Source: an uncultured Nitrososphaerota archaeon (lineage in GTDB: Archaea; Thermoproteota; EX4484-205; JAAOZO01). Taken from it: DNA of 64,000 nucleotides. Location of the stretch: assembly GCA_964408285.1 (NCBI GenBank), contig CAYOYV010000005.1, positions 49,235 through 113,234 of the forward strand, written 5' to 3'. A program made the position numbers and the translations under genes. This document shows, piece after piece, positions 20,379-30,119 of the stretch (positions within the stretch are counted from its first letter, which is position 1; every line of letters begins with the position of its first letter). The notes below the pieces were generated by a model. The model was not told where the DNA came from and made no database searches. It saw only the letters and a list, made by a program, of their open reading frames with translations.

Positions 20379-22187
20379 ATGGGAGTCTGGATGGTCAGAG
20401 CAGGCGAAGAGGAAACCGAAAGGAAGACTCCTGATTCAGTTTTGGCAAGGAAGATGCTGAGGTTCCTCAAACCCTATTCTGCCAGAATCTATCTTTCCCT
20501 ATTCCTAATATTGCTCGGCACGATCTTCGCCACCCTTGGTCCCTATATCCTGTCTTTGGTCGTGAATTCAGCGATATATTCGAAGGATACTCAAGGCCTG
20601 ATATTCCTTTCACTCGTATTCCTGGGCATCCAGTTACTCGATTGGATTGCGGGGTCTGTGAGGACATACGTAATCGGTTCACTAGCTGACACAACATTAA
20701 AGGACATAAGGCACGAGGTCTTCCAGAAGCTCCAGACGCTTTCGCTGGACTACTATAGCAAGCGACAGGTCGGATGGCTATTCTCAAGAGTAATATCTGA
20801 TGTTAGCACTGTAAACAATTTGGTAGCTTCAGGTCTCTTGACGTCCTTGAGTGACCTACTGCTAGTGACTGGTATGACCATCGCTATGCTGATATTGAGT
20901 CCAATCATGACATTGGTCGCGCTTTCCATGGTTCCAGTCGTGGTCTTTTTCTCTCTGGCATTCGCAAAGCAAGCTAGAGATCGCTTCAGAGTCAGCAGGA
21001 GAAAGATTGCATCAGTTTCGTCTGAGGTACAACAATCTATAACGGGCATAAGAGTCATCAAGGCGTTCTCTCAGGAAGAGCAGTCGCAAAGGAACTTCGA
21101 AAGGGCGAATGTGCAGTATGTAGAGGCCGAGATGTCAGCAGCAGTTGTCATGGCCAGCTTTAGACCTGTAGCTGAGCTTATTGAGGCAGTTGACATGGGC
21201 CTCATCTTGCTCGTTGGGGGATATGAAGTCGTCTCAGGAGCCCTACTCGTTGGCACACTGCTGGCCTTCGTGACCTATGCCAGCAGATTTTTCTGGCCCG
21301 TCAGGGAGATAACATTTCTGTATAACAACCTGCAAGAGGCGATGGCTGCCTCGGAGAGGATTCTGGAAGTGCTTGAGACTCAGCCGACGATAACCGACGA
21401 CCCCGAAGCGATTGACGCACCTCAGCACATAAGAAATGTCGAATTCGCCAATGTCTCATTCGAATATCAGAGTGGGTTAGAGGTCCTGAAGGACATCACC
21501 CTTACGATTAGAGAGAAAGAGAAGGTCGCAGTTGTCGGCCCCACGGGGGCAGGCAAAACCACCCTCTCTTCTTTGCTCGTCAGATTCTATGATCCAACAA
21601 GAGGAGCGATTTCGATCAATGGAACTGACATCAGAAAGCTGAAAGTCAGAACGCTAAGGAGAAGAATTGTCCTCGTGCCACAAGAACCATTTCTTTTCTC
21701 GGGAACGATTATGGACAATCTCAGGTATGGAAGACCCGATGCAAGCGATGAAGAGATACTACAGGCAACCAAAGAGCTCAAGTTGGATTCATTCATAGGA
21801 TCGCTAGAAAATGGGTATGAAACGGAAGTCCTGGAAGGAGGTTTGGGGCTCTCTGTGGGTCAGAAACAGCTGATCTCCATCGCGAGGGCATTCATCGCTG
21901 ATCCTTCCATTGTGGTCTTTGACGAAGCAATGTCTTCAATTGACCCGAACACCGAGCAGACGATAATCGGAGCCATGAGGAAATTGCTTGAGAACAGAAC
22001 CGCCTTAATAATCGCCCATCGTATCTCAACGATTGTGGATGCAGATCGGATATTAGTCATGGATGTCGGGAAGATCGTTGAGGAGGGGAGTCACTCGGAT
22101 CTTATGGCGCTAGGTGGCCTGTATTCGAAGCTTTACACTACCCTTCTGCTCGGCGAAGAACAGGCTGTGGCCACCCCTAGAGAATAA
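20379..22187 (+). CDS. ABC exporter, fused permease/ATPase (heterodimer half 2)
   Basis: GPTGAGKT, LSVGQKQL, VFDEA, IAHR. Confidence 0.9.
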   Translation: MGVWMVRAGEEETERKTPDSVLARKMLRFLKPYSARIYLSLFLILLGTIFATLGPYILSLVVNSAIYSKDTQGLIFLSLVFLGIQLLDWIAGSVRTYVIGSLADTTLKDIRHEVFQKLQTLSLDYYSKRQVGWLFSRVISDVSTVNNLVASGLLTSLSDLLLVTGMTIAMLILSPIMTLVALSMVPVVVFFSLAFAKQARDRFRVSRRKIASVSSEVQQSITGIRVIKAFSQEEQSQRNFERANVQYVEAEMSAAVVMASFRPVAELIEAVDMGLILLVGGYEVVSGALLVGTLLAFVTYASRFFWPVREITFLYNNLQEAMAASERILEVLETQPTITDDPEAIDAPQHIRNVEFANVSFEYQSGLEVLKDITLTIREKEKVAVVGPTGAGKTTLSSLLVRFYDPTRGAISINGTDIRKLKVRTLRRRIVLVPQEPFLFSGTIMDNLRYGRPDASDEEILQATKELKLDSFIGSLENGYETEVLEGGLGLSVGQKQLISIARAFIADPSIVVFDEAMSSIDPNTEQTIIGAMRKLLENRTALIIAHRISTIVDADRILVMDVGKIVEEGSHSDLMALGGLYSKLYTTLLLGEEQAVATPRE

Positions 22188-22920
22188 CGTCAAGCAACAT
22201 CATAAGGACGAATCCAGCGATAAGGCCCAAGGTTACATCCTTTCCCCTCCCAGTGGAATGGCTTTCGGGTATCATTTCCGCCCCAATGACATAGATCATG
22301 GCACCCGCCGCAAAGGCCATCATCACAGGCAATAGAAAGTGAAAAAGCGTTACCAGAGCGGCACTTATGATGCCCCCTATTGGTTCCACGAGCCCTGAGG
22401 CAAACCCATAGATTATCGACTTTTTCTTGTCGTATCCCAGTTTCAGCAGAGGAAACGAGACGGATAAGCCCTCAGGTATGTTCTGTAATCCAATTCCGAT
22501 GGCAAGCGGAATTGCATACTGCAGATTTTCCCCTGCGAAGGCCACTCCTACGGACATGCCTTCAGGGAAATTATGTATTGTGATGGCTAGGATAATCAGC
22601 CAGAATCTTGTGATTCTGCTTGCATAACCCTCCTGTCCACCGACGAAATGCTCATGGGGAACGAATCTATCTGCCACGAACATGAAGAGAGCTCCAGAGA
22701 CGAATCCTGCACTGGCCCAATAGATGCTCCCTTTCTCTATCGATGGAAGCAGCAAGCTGAAGAAAGAGGCAGACATCATTATCCCGGCCGATACACCTAG
22801 CATTATGTCCAGCTCAAATTCGCTGAAATCTGATTTGACAAGTAGAATCATTGACCCTATTCCAGTCGCAGCTCCTGCGAGAAGGCTCCCGACAAAACCC
22901 ATGAATATGGTGTCGAACAA
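22177..22920 (-). CDS. ZIP family metal transporter (GufA/ZupT-like)
   Basis: HNFPEGMSVG, QNIPEG, EMIPESH. Confidence 0.9.
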   Translation of the reverse strand: MFDTIFMGFVGSLLAGAATGIGSMILLVKSDFSEFELDIMLGVSAGIMMSASFFSLLLPSIEKGSIYWASAGFVSGALFMFVADRFVPHEHFVGGQEGYASRITRFWLIILAITIHNFPEGMSVGVAFAGENLQYAIPLAIGIGLQNIPEGLSVSFPLLKLGYDKKKSIIYGFASGLVEPIGGIISAALVTLFHFLLPVMMAFAAGAMIYVIGAEMIPESHSTGRGKDVTLGLIAGFVLMMLLDVIL

Positions 22921-23052
22921 TTGAGTTCCCGTTCATTTGCCTTGCCCTATTTAACCTCTACTTGATCGGATTGCCGAATTCTTGCGCAAGAAGCACCACC
23001 AGAATATGACGGGCCAAGGCTTCGCGCTAGATTCTCACCCGACACCTTTGAT

Positions 23053-24200
23053 TCAGATCGCGCGCTGAAGCAGATTGGACCAAGCTTCGCCGAATAGATT
23101 CCTCAGATTCTCCCATCCATCAGACCTATCAACGCAAACGTCAGCAAACACCGTGACTCCTTGGACCCCTCCGCGCATTGCCTCTTTGACTGATTCGGCC
23201 CACTCAGAACCTTGCATGTTGCCGGCAGTCGAGATGGACCGGCCAACGCAAGGCAATACAGAGGGCTTGCCATTCCATGCCTTGACCTGCTCGAAGATGT
23301 TACTCGATATATCCCTGATCCATCTAATGGGCATTCCACTGTCCCTGTGATACAACATCGGGCAGATCTTATCCACAGGACCCCGCTGTACCCAATCTGC
23401 CCAATCTACGCCCATGGCTTGCTTGTTCCACTCCAGACTTGATGGAACATTAGCAGACAATATGACCCTAGGATTTGCTTTCACAATCACATCTCTTACC
23501 TCAGACAAGAAGTCGGAGGTGGTTTTTGCCCTCCAGTTGATCCATTCATTGCGGAGAGAGCCACCCACAAGTGTATCTCAAGGGCAATCACGTACGGACC
23601 TGTCTAGATAGACTTCCAAAGATCTCTTTGCGTTTTCGCTGAAGTCCGCCTCAATACCTGGACGAAAGCCTAAGTCATCCTCTAGGTTTATGCCATCGAC
23701 ATCATATTCATCAACCAATTCGACTATGTAGGATTCAATATAATTTCTGGCATCTTCGCTAGCAGGTGATAGGTGATACCATCCATATGATGAAAATGAA
23801 CCCTTCGATTGGTCCTCGCCCTTCTCGTTGCAAATTCCCCAATCCTGGTGCTCCAGTGTGACTTAACGATTTGTCCTGAACCCCACCACGCAAGCCCACA
23901 CTCCTGGATTGTTCTTGTGCGCTTCCTCAACGAGAAGCTTGAGAGAATCCTCATCCGTCTTCATAAGTGATCTGAAATCGTTCAGGAATTCCTCGTCATT
24001 TCTGACTGTATTGCTCCTAATAGTCCGCCAATCCCCCTGCATGAATGACAAATGGCAACACGACATTGAAACCGCTGTCCCTGATTTTCGCAATGAGAGA
24101 GGTTAGATTCTTCGAACGCGACCTATCCGGGAAGTCATACATATACATGAATATGCCCTTCGTCTGGGCTTCGGAGGTTCCTCCTCTGTTGTAACGATCC
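23053..24200 (-). pseudogene. Disrupted GHL10 (family-10-like glycosyl hydrolase) gene
   Basis: Reconstructed GFNVVLPFV..GGLADY / frameshift near 24019 / RSNTV..LVEEAHK..FRTNR *TAA 23863* VTLEHQDW..LSPASEDARNYI..YDVDGINLED..DCP *TGA 23578* DTLVGG..DWADWVQRG..ICPMLY; 5' boundary approximate. Confidence 0.75.
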
Positions 24201-24353
24201 GGACAGATAGACATGAGAATCCCAGTCTTATCCGTGCTAGAAGCGCTATGATCAGCGTCCGTCTTCCCCGCAGTACATTGTTCTTTTCCGAGGCCAATAA
24301 GGCAGAAATCACCTAATGAGGAGAACTCAACGCGCCCGAAAGGTCTTGACACA

Positions 24354-25550
24354 TCATTCCCAGAATGAAGCCGGAATGGGCTCAGGCTCTCCTTCGAGTT
24401 CAATGGCCACCACGGTGTCCGTGGGATCTGGTGGGGAACGTGGAAGATCCTTGATGAATAGCCGGTCTCGCATCTGTGAAAAAGGAAGGCTCTTGCCGGT
24501 TGCCAGCATATACGCTCGGACTACTCTGTTTCCAATCCCCGTGACGCACATCTCTTTGCCAGGCCAGAACATGACATGTACATAGACTCTTCCTTCTTTT
24601 GCTGTCACGTGCCCCAAATGGGCCTGACCGAAAGCTGATAAACCCGTGCCATAGATAGCATCACCATTCCGCTTCATCCATCTGCCGACTGCTCTCAATC
24701 GCGATGCTTGGGCCGGATGTATCGTGCCATCGGCCTTTGGCCCAACATTCAAGAGGAAGTTGCCATTCCCAGCTACACACCGAACCAGATTACGAACAAG
24801 TTGCGTTGGCGATTTCAGGTTCGGATCCCCTGGATGATATCCCCACCAGAGATCATCTAAAGTCATGCAGGTTTCCCAAGGTCTTTGAGATGCCTGAATG
24901 TGTTGTTCTGGAGTTTCGTAGTCTCCAGGAATCCCCGAACGATTGTTCATTATGATGTCAGGCTGCAGATTTCTAACCATTGCGTTCAGTTCATTCGACC
25001 GCCATGCATTTCCATCGTGAGGCCATCCGCCATCATACCAGAGAATGTCTATCTTGCCGTACTGGCTCATAAGCTCCCGAACCTGGGAATGCACATATTC
25101 GACGAACACTTTCCATGCTTCTGGATCCTTTGTCGGCCCATCCCAATACGCCTTGTAACGCCAGTCGAGCAACGAATAGTAGAATCCGACTCTCATCCCG
25201 ACCTCACGACATGCATCGACATATTCGGCCACGAAGTCTCGCTTCGCAGCCGTCTTGGCAGACGTGAAATCAGAAGCTTTACTATCCCACAGAGAGAATC
25301 CGTCATGGTGCCGTGTCGTCAGTACCATATATCGCATTCCCGCCTCTTCCGCCAATGATACCCATCTTTCTGCCTTGAACTTGCTTGGTCGAAATCTGTC
25401 CGCCAGACGCGCATATTCTGCCTTTGGAATCCTCTCGCAATACATGACCCACTCTCCTCGGGCAAGCAGAGCGTATAGCCCCCAATGAATGAACATCCCG
25501 AATCTTGCGTCAGTCCACCATTTCAGTCTAGGCGGTAACTCCTGGATCAT
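24354..25550 (-). CDS. Alpha-L-fucosidase, GH29
   Basis: ARFGMFIHWGLY, LTTRHHDGF, YYSLLDW, ILWYDG, LLNVGP. Confidence 0.92.
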   Translation of the reverse strand: MIQELPPRLKWWTDARFGMFIHWGLYALLARGEWVMYCERIPKAEYARLADRFRPSKFKAERWVSLAEEAGMRYMVLTTRHHDGFSLWDSKASDFTSAKTAAKRDFVAEYVDACREVGMRVGFYYSLLDWRYKAYWDGPTKDPEAWKVFVEYVHSQVRELMSQYGKIDILWYDGGWPHDGNAWRSNELNAMVRNLQPDIIMNNRSGIPGDYETPEQHIQASQRPWETCMTLDDLWWGYHPGDPNLKSPTQLVRNLVRCVAGNGNFLLNVGPKADGTIHPAQASRLRAVGRWMKRNGDAIYGTGLSAFGQAHLGHVTAKEGRVYVHVMFWPGKEMCVTGIGNRVVRAYMLATGKSLPFSQMRDRLFIKDLPRSPPDPTDTVVAIELEGEPEPIPASFWE

Positions 25551-25595
25551 CGGCGTCTACATCTCCGTGGCCTTGTCCTGAGTATCGGAAATTAA

Positions 25596-26297
25596 ACCTT
25601 CGGGCAAGCATTGGCTGAGTTCTATAGGAGCAAGGGAAGGGTCGTGAAGACGGTGGAGAGCCCAAGGGACATGCAATTGCCGCCTGATATAACGCAATAC
25701 TCCAAGGCCGCCGCCACGCCGTCCGAGATACACGACGTACTATTGCTTAGCAGACCTGACTATACCATCTTCGATGAACTAAGGGCTGATTCGGATTTCG
25801 ACCTCTTTTTAGACATGAGGCTAGCGGGCATAGGAATGGTGGGGGTTGTTCACGCTACGTCCGCCATAGATGCTGTGCAGAGATTCGTCCACAGAGTAGA
25901 TCCGGGGCTCGTCCCTTCAATCGCCGACACAATAGTCTTCCTTCAAGGCGGCTAGGTCGTTTCAGTTCATGTTCTCGAGACAACCGTCAAAATGCCGACA
26001 GGGCTTACCAGGACCGATCTCGCCAGGCCAACCGTCATGATGAGGAACATAATCACTGGCAGGGCTGAGTTTGAATTGTACGGCTTTGGTGAGAAGACAT
26101 TTGTCGTTCCCATTAGAAAAAGACAGGATGCGAGGGATGAAAGGATATCGGCAGCCATAGAAGAGGTAATGGGCGAAAAGGCTAAGGACTATGTGGTTGA
26201 TATTAAAGAAGCGAAGATGAGAGGGAGAGTGCCCCCACAATACATTAGGGAATTCTCTCGGAGAATTCAGAAGAATCTCATGAGGGTTGGAAGGTGA
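25596..26297 (+). pseudogene. 5'-truncated, stop-interrupted remnant of archaeal PINA (PIN-ATPase-KH) gene
   Basis: TFGQALAEFY..VKTVESPRDMQL..LLSRPDYTIFDELR..DMRLAGIGMVGVVHA..DAVQRF..GG *TAG 25953* VV..VKMPTG..DLARP..ELYGFGE; starts just after the Walker A motif. Confidence 0.8.
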
Positions 26298-26415
26298 TTC
26301 AGGATGGCACTCGAGATCGAGCCACTCCGACAGCGGAACGAGGAGTTCAAGTGATCCAGCCGCAGGTGTTCCAGGTGTTAGAATTAAGAAAGCCCACTGG
26401 ATGACGTGATGACAA

Positions 26416-26865
26416 ATGATTCCACCAAAGCTATCTTGGCTTGATATGCCCCTTCTGTCGGCGGTCTTTGTAATCCTCGTCCTTGTAGGTCTGACATATG
26501 GCAAAGGCGATACGCTTAAGGTCACGGCTTCAATTCAGCCTCTTTCAATAAGGCCAGGAACTCAAGCCAAGATAACTGCAACATTGAGGAATCTGGGAAA
26601 CAGCCCAATCGAGCTGGAATTCCCTTCATCTAAAACATTCGATTTTGCCGTATCGGGACAAAATGGACATTATCGATGGTCGACGGACAGATTCTTCCTA
26701 ACCGTCATAACCAAGATCGCGCTAGCTCCGGGACAGGAAATCGACGCAACCTTCATTTGGACAGTTGATCTTCCCCCCGGAGATTACCGACTCAGAATAT
26801 TCTTGGAACCGATTTCGGGTTCGAGGATCGAATCGGAGGCCGTTGATCTAGTAATAAGGGCTTAG
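26416..26865 (+). CDS. Secreted BsuPI-like Ig-fold protein
   Basis: Signal-like N-terminus; LRN.G..PIELEFPSSKTFDF..YRWS..FF.....LAPGQE..W pattern of BsuPI domains. Confidence 0.6.
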   Translation: MIPPKLSWLDMPLLSAVFVILVLVGLTYGKGDTLKVTASIQPLSIRPGTQAKITATLRNLGNSPIELEFPSSKTFDFAVSGQNGHYRWSTDRFFLTVITKIALAPGQEIDATFIWTVDLPPGDYRLRIFLEPISGSRIESEAVDLVIRA

Positions 26866-27959
26866 CACGGCCGGACTCGAACTCGAGCCGGGACGTATAC
26901 CGGGAAAATAACGGTTATGCCTTCGATCCTACTTTCCATCGAAGAAGACTTGGAGCCATCGCTCCAACCACTAAGTGTCATCAGTCCGTGTTCTGTCTCC
27001 ACCATACTCATGGCCTTTACAACATGCGTTGATCCCGATTCCCACTCGAAGTAGTGGATTCCGGGTCTCAGCGGTTCACCGTCTACGAGAAGTGAGTCTT
27101 CATACAGGGACACAACGCAGATAAGGAAGAAGAGTTGAACTCTAACGGAGACGAACGCCCCTGATGGAGCATGAGTCCCATTTCCCAGATTCAACACCTC
27201 AATGCTCCAGTCCCCAGTCTCATCGAACCTTAGAGACTTCTGAAAGTGTCCCTCCCCATCAGCAGTGAGATCTATTTGTGAGGTCCTTCCTGAAGGACTC
27301 TTCAGATTCATCTGCATCCTCGCAGTTCCTGAGGGTGATGCGAAACCCTCTACAAGGAATGGTTCGCTCATGTTGATCTCGTGAGGCAAGTCAAGCAAAG
27401 TCACCTTTGTCAGGATCTTAATCGGCTTAGAAGTCCCAGGCTCCGGAGGAGGCAGAGGAGGCGTGCCTGTATCGTCATATCCACCGAAGTCTGTTGTCCA
27501 ATAATAGCCATATGTGGAAGAGACATTGAAAGCGAGGCCTATTCCGATCACAACGAACGCCTCGAAGAGCATGTTCTCATTGTGACCTGATGAAGCCTTC
27601 CAAGCCTCGAAAACAGACTCAGCGGTGGAGAAGCCCGCAGCTATGTTTTCGCCCAGATATGTCTGATAGGTGTAGCCCGCGTCCCTTATCCTTTGGTCAA
27701 ATGTCCTGCCGTCCAGACTTGTGTGGCTGAAATAGTTGTGCATCGCCATGTCAAGACTGTGTCCCTGAGCAGCCATAGTCAAAGGGGAAGACAGCTTTAG
27801 AGGATTCCGACCTTGACTGATTCTGTATTGGTTCAGCAGATACAAGAATGTCTCCTTCTCGTCTTCAGCCCTGAGCAGATGGGCGTGTCTGGGCAGGACT
27901 GACGAAAGTACCAATATTGCCATGAGAAAAACGAGCTTCTTGCTGTGGGATCGATACAA
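26862..27959 (-). CDS. Secreted CAP (SCP) domain protein with Pro-rich linker and beta-rich C-terminus
   Basis: Signal peptide, AAQGHSLDMA..YFSH, GENIAAG, W..SSGHNENML, YWTTDFG. Confidence 0.85.
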   Translation of the reverse strand: MYRSHSKKLVFLMAILVLSSVLPRHAHLLRAEDEKETFLYLLNQYRISQGRNPLKLSSPLTMAAQGHSLDMAMHNYFSHTSLDGRTFDQRIRDAGYTYQTYLGENIAAGFSTAESVFEAWKASSGHNENMLFEAFVVIGIGLAFNVSSTYGYYWTTDFGGYDDTGTPPLPPPEPGTSKPIKILTKVTLLDLPHEINMSEPFLVEGFASPSGTARMQMNLKSPSGRTSQIDLTADGEGHFQKSLRFDETGDWSIEVLNLGNGTHAPSGAFVSVRVQLFFLICVVSLYEDSLLVDGEPLRPGIHYFEWESGSTHVVKAMSMVETEHGLMTLSGWSDGSKSSSMESRIEGITVIFPVYVPARVRVRPC

Positions 27960-28090
27960 CGAATCGCCATTCGTCTCTCAAGTCTAAAGATCTTGCAAGT
28001 AAGGAACTCCACATACAAACGAATCGCGAATGGCAGAAACCTCATGTTTAAATCACTCCCCGGGTGAAGCCAATCAGCGGTGCCATTTGA

Positions 28091-28285
28091 TTGAGAGAAA
28101 GAGCATGGGGAGTCCTCCTTCTTTTCATATCAGTACTGGCGATTGTGTCCTATTTCGTCATGATTCTGACTGGCCTCACATCCTTGGCCATACTGGTTGT
28201 TTCGACTTTTCTGGTTCTTGCTTTTTTTGGATTCACGGCTTGGGTGGGCCTATCAATCCTGACAACGAAATGGCCCGAGGAGTGA
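28091..28285 (+). CDS. Small two-TM membrane protein
   Basis: Two hydrophobic helices ending AWVGLSILTT; 7 nt upstream of the nucleotidyltransferase gene. Confidence 0.55.
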   Translation: MRERAWGVLLLFISVLAIVSYFVMILTGLTSLAILVVSTFLVLAFFGFTAWVGLSILTTKWPEE

Positions 28286-28292
28286 CCTGTAA

Positions 28293-29006
28293 ATGAAATC
28301 GAACACGAAGCTGGTTATTCTGGCGGGAGGAATCGGCAGAAGGTTGAGGCCATTCACACTGTATGTGCCTAAGCCAATGCTGCCGCTAGGTGACAAGCCA
28401 ATTCTGAGCCACATAATCGATTGGGCTTCGCATGAGGGTCTTAAGGAGATAATAATAGCCACAGCCTACCTCGGAAAGATAATAGAGGACTATTTCGGTG
28501 ACGGAAGAGACTATGGCATAGACATAAAGTACGCCAGGTCCAATAGGCCTCTTTCTTCGGGAGGACAGCTTAAGACGGTGGAAGAAATGATAGAACGAAC
28601 CTTCATTCTAAGCTATTCAGACATTGTGACCGATCTACACATAAATCCTCTGCTAGAATTCCACTCGAACAACAGATCCAAGGCTACGATCGTTGCCAGA
28701 AGGCACGAGATACCATTTAGGTTCGGCGAACTCAAGCTTGGTGAGCTCGGAAGGCTACAGGAATGGGAGGAAAAGCCGATCATATCGAGGCTCGTTAATG
28801 CAGGAATATTCGTTATGGAACCGGACATCTTCACCTTCATCGGGAAGAATGAGGCCGTATCGATGGACATTGTGATAAGGAGAATGATGGCGAAAGACCT
28901 CCCCGTGTTCGTTTATGACTCATCCGCCAAATTCATAGACGTTGGAGATCAGGAGAGCTATGAGAAGGCAAACGAACACTATGTGAAGCTTCTCGAAGAG
29001 ATCTGA
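28293..29006 (+). CDS. Sugar-1-phosphate nucleotidyltransferase (NTP_transferase family)
   Basis: ILAGGIGRRLRPFT..PKPMLP, EKP, VNAGIFV, FIDVG. Confidence 0.88.
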   Translation: MKSNTKLVILAGGIGRRLRPFTLYVPKPMLPLGDKPILSHIIDWASHEGLKEIIIATAYLGKIIEDYFGDGRDYGIDIKYARSNRPLSSGGQLKTVEEMIERTFILSYSDIVTDLHINPLLEFHSNNRSKATIVARRHEIPFRFGELKLGELGRLQEWEEKPIISRLVNAGIFVMEPDIFTFIGKNEAVSMDIVIRRMMAKDLPVFVYDSSAKFIDVGDQESYEKANEHYVKLLEEI

Positions 29007-29066
29007 TCTGCTGTATTCTCGTTGATTGATTCGGCGTATCCTGAAGTAGGTCTCTGGGACCACGAT

Positions 29067-29948
29067 TCACTTGAGAATTCCATCCAGAGCTTTTGAATTC
29101 TCCTCTGCCAGTCTCCTTGCATCTTCGAATGTTGGGTTCCTTAATCCCGGCGTAAAACTGGGTGGGCATTCTACTATGAGATATCCGTCGTAGCGCACTC
29201 GCCTGAGGGCAGACACTGCTTCCTTCCAATCGACGTTTCCTTTTCCTATGTGCCTAAATGCCGATATGTTGCCCACTGAGGAATCGAAGTCCTTGGCGTG
29301 AACCATCACTATGCGCCCTCCAAGCTCCTCTATCCAATGCAGAGGATGACCAATCTCGACTATATTGGCGAGATCCAGATAGGCTCCAACCTTCTTGCTC
29401 CCGATCTCTTCAACGAATTCCTTAAACTCCAAGGGGGAATACAGGAATCTATTCCAGACGTTCTCGATGCCAATGGTAACATCGAACTTCTCGGCAGTCT
29501 CAACCATTTGCAATACTGATTCTTTCGAAAAGTCATACGTTTTCCTGTATGAGGTTGAGGCTTCCGAGACGCCCGGCACAACAAGCAGTACTTTCGCGCC
29601 CACGATACTGGCGAGCCTTAGAGCGTATTTGCCCATCGCGATGCCCGCTTCTCTTAATTTCTTGTCCCCGCTTCCCAGATTGAACTTCCAAAAGATACCC
29701 GTCGCAACGCTGGGGAGTTCAACGCCAGCAGATGCTGCCTCTACTTTGAACTGCGCCACCTGTTTCTCAGTCTCTTTCTTCGGGTCAAGGTTTTCCTCAT
29801 CGAATGTCAGTTCTATCCCTTGGTACCCAATGCTCTTTGCTATTCTTACGACATCGCGAAACGAAGGCTGGCCCTTCCTGGCAGACCAATTCAGCGACCA
29901 AAGATTAAGCCCCTTCTTCATCTGTCCCTTCGAAGATACTCTCAACAT
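29067..29948 (-). CDS. Sugar phosphate isomerase/epimerase (TIM barrel)
   Basis: GIELT, LVVPG, IENVWNRFL, DLAN, VHAKDF, GNVDW. Confidence 0.82.
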   Translation of the reverse strand: MLRVSSKGQMKKGLNLWSLNWSARKGQPSFRDVVRIAKSIGYQGIELTFDEENLDPKKETEKQVAQFKVEAASAGVELPSVATGIFWKFNLGSGDKKLREAGIAMGKYALRLASIVGAKVLLVVPGVSEASTSYRKTYDFSKESVLQMVETAEKFDVTIGIENVWNRFLYSPLEFKEFVEEIGSKKVGAYLDLANIVEIGHPLHWIEELGGRIVMVHAKDFDSSVGNISAFRHIGKGNVDWKEAVSALRRVRYDGYLIVECPPSFTPGLRNPTFEDARRLAEENSKALDGILK

Positions 29949-30119
29949 TGGAAGATAACTTTTTCATTGCGGGCTGGCATCACGCAATCGACGATACTTA
30001 TGAATGGAAATCATTGCGCTTTGAAGACCATAAGTGCAAGAGATGTATAGGTTCAAGGATATCGGCCTATCTGGAATCCAAGGAAACTGTTATCTTCGAG
30101 AAACGGGCCAATCGGGACT

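Noticed and set aside
23578-23580. In-frame TGA as selenocysteine
   Set aside because: The same gene also has a TAA stop and a frameshift, and GHL10 has no catalytic Cys; a pseudogene is simpler.
25953-25955. In-frame TAG as pyrrolysine readthrough
   Set aside because: The gene is also 5'-truncated and has another stop; no pyl genes are in the window.
28293-29006. MurU-like role in peptidoglycan recycling
   Set aside because: Generic archaeal NTP-transferase; no AmgK-like neighbour or other specific evidence.
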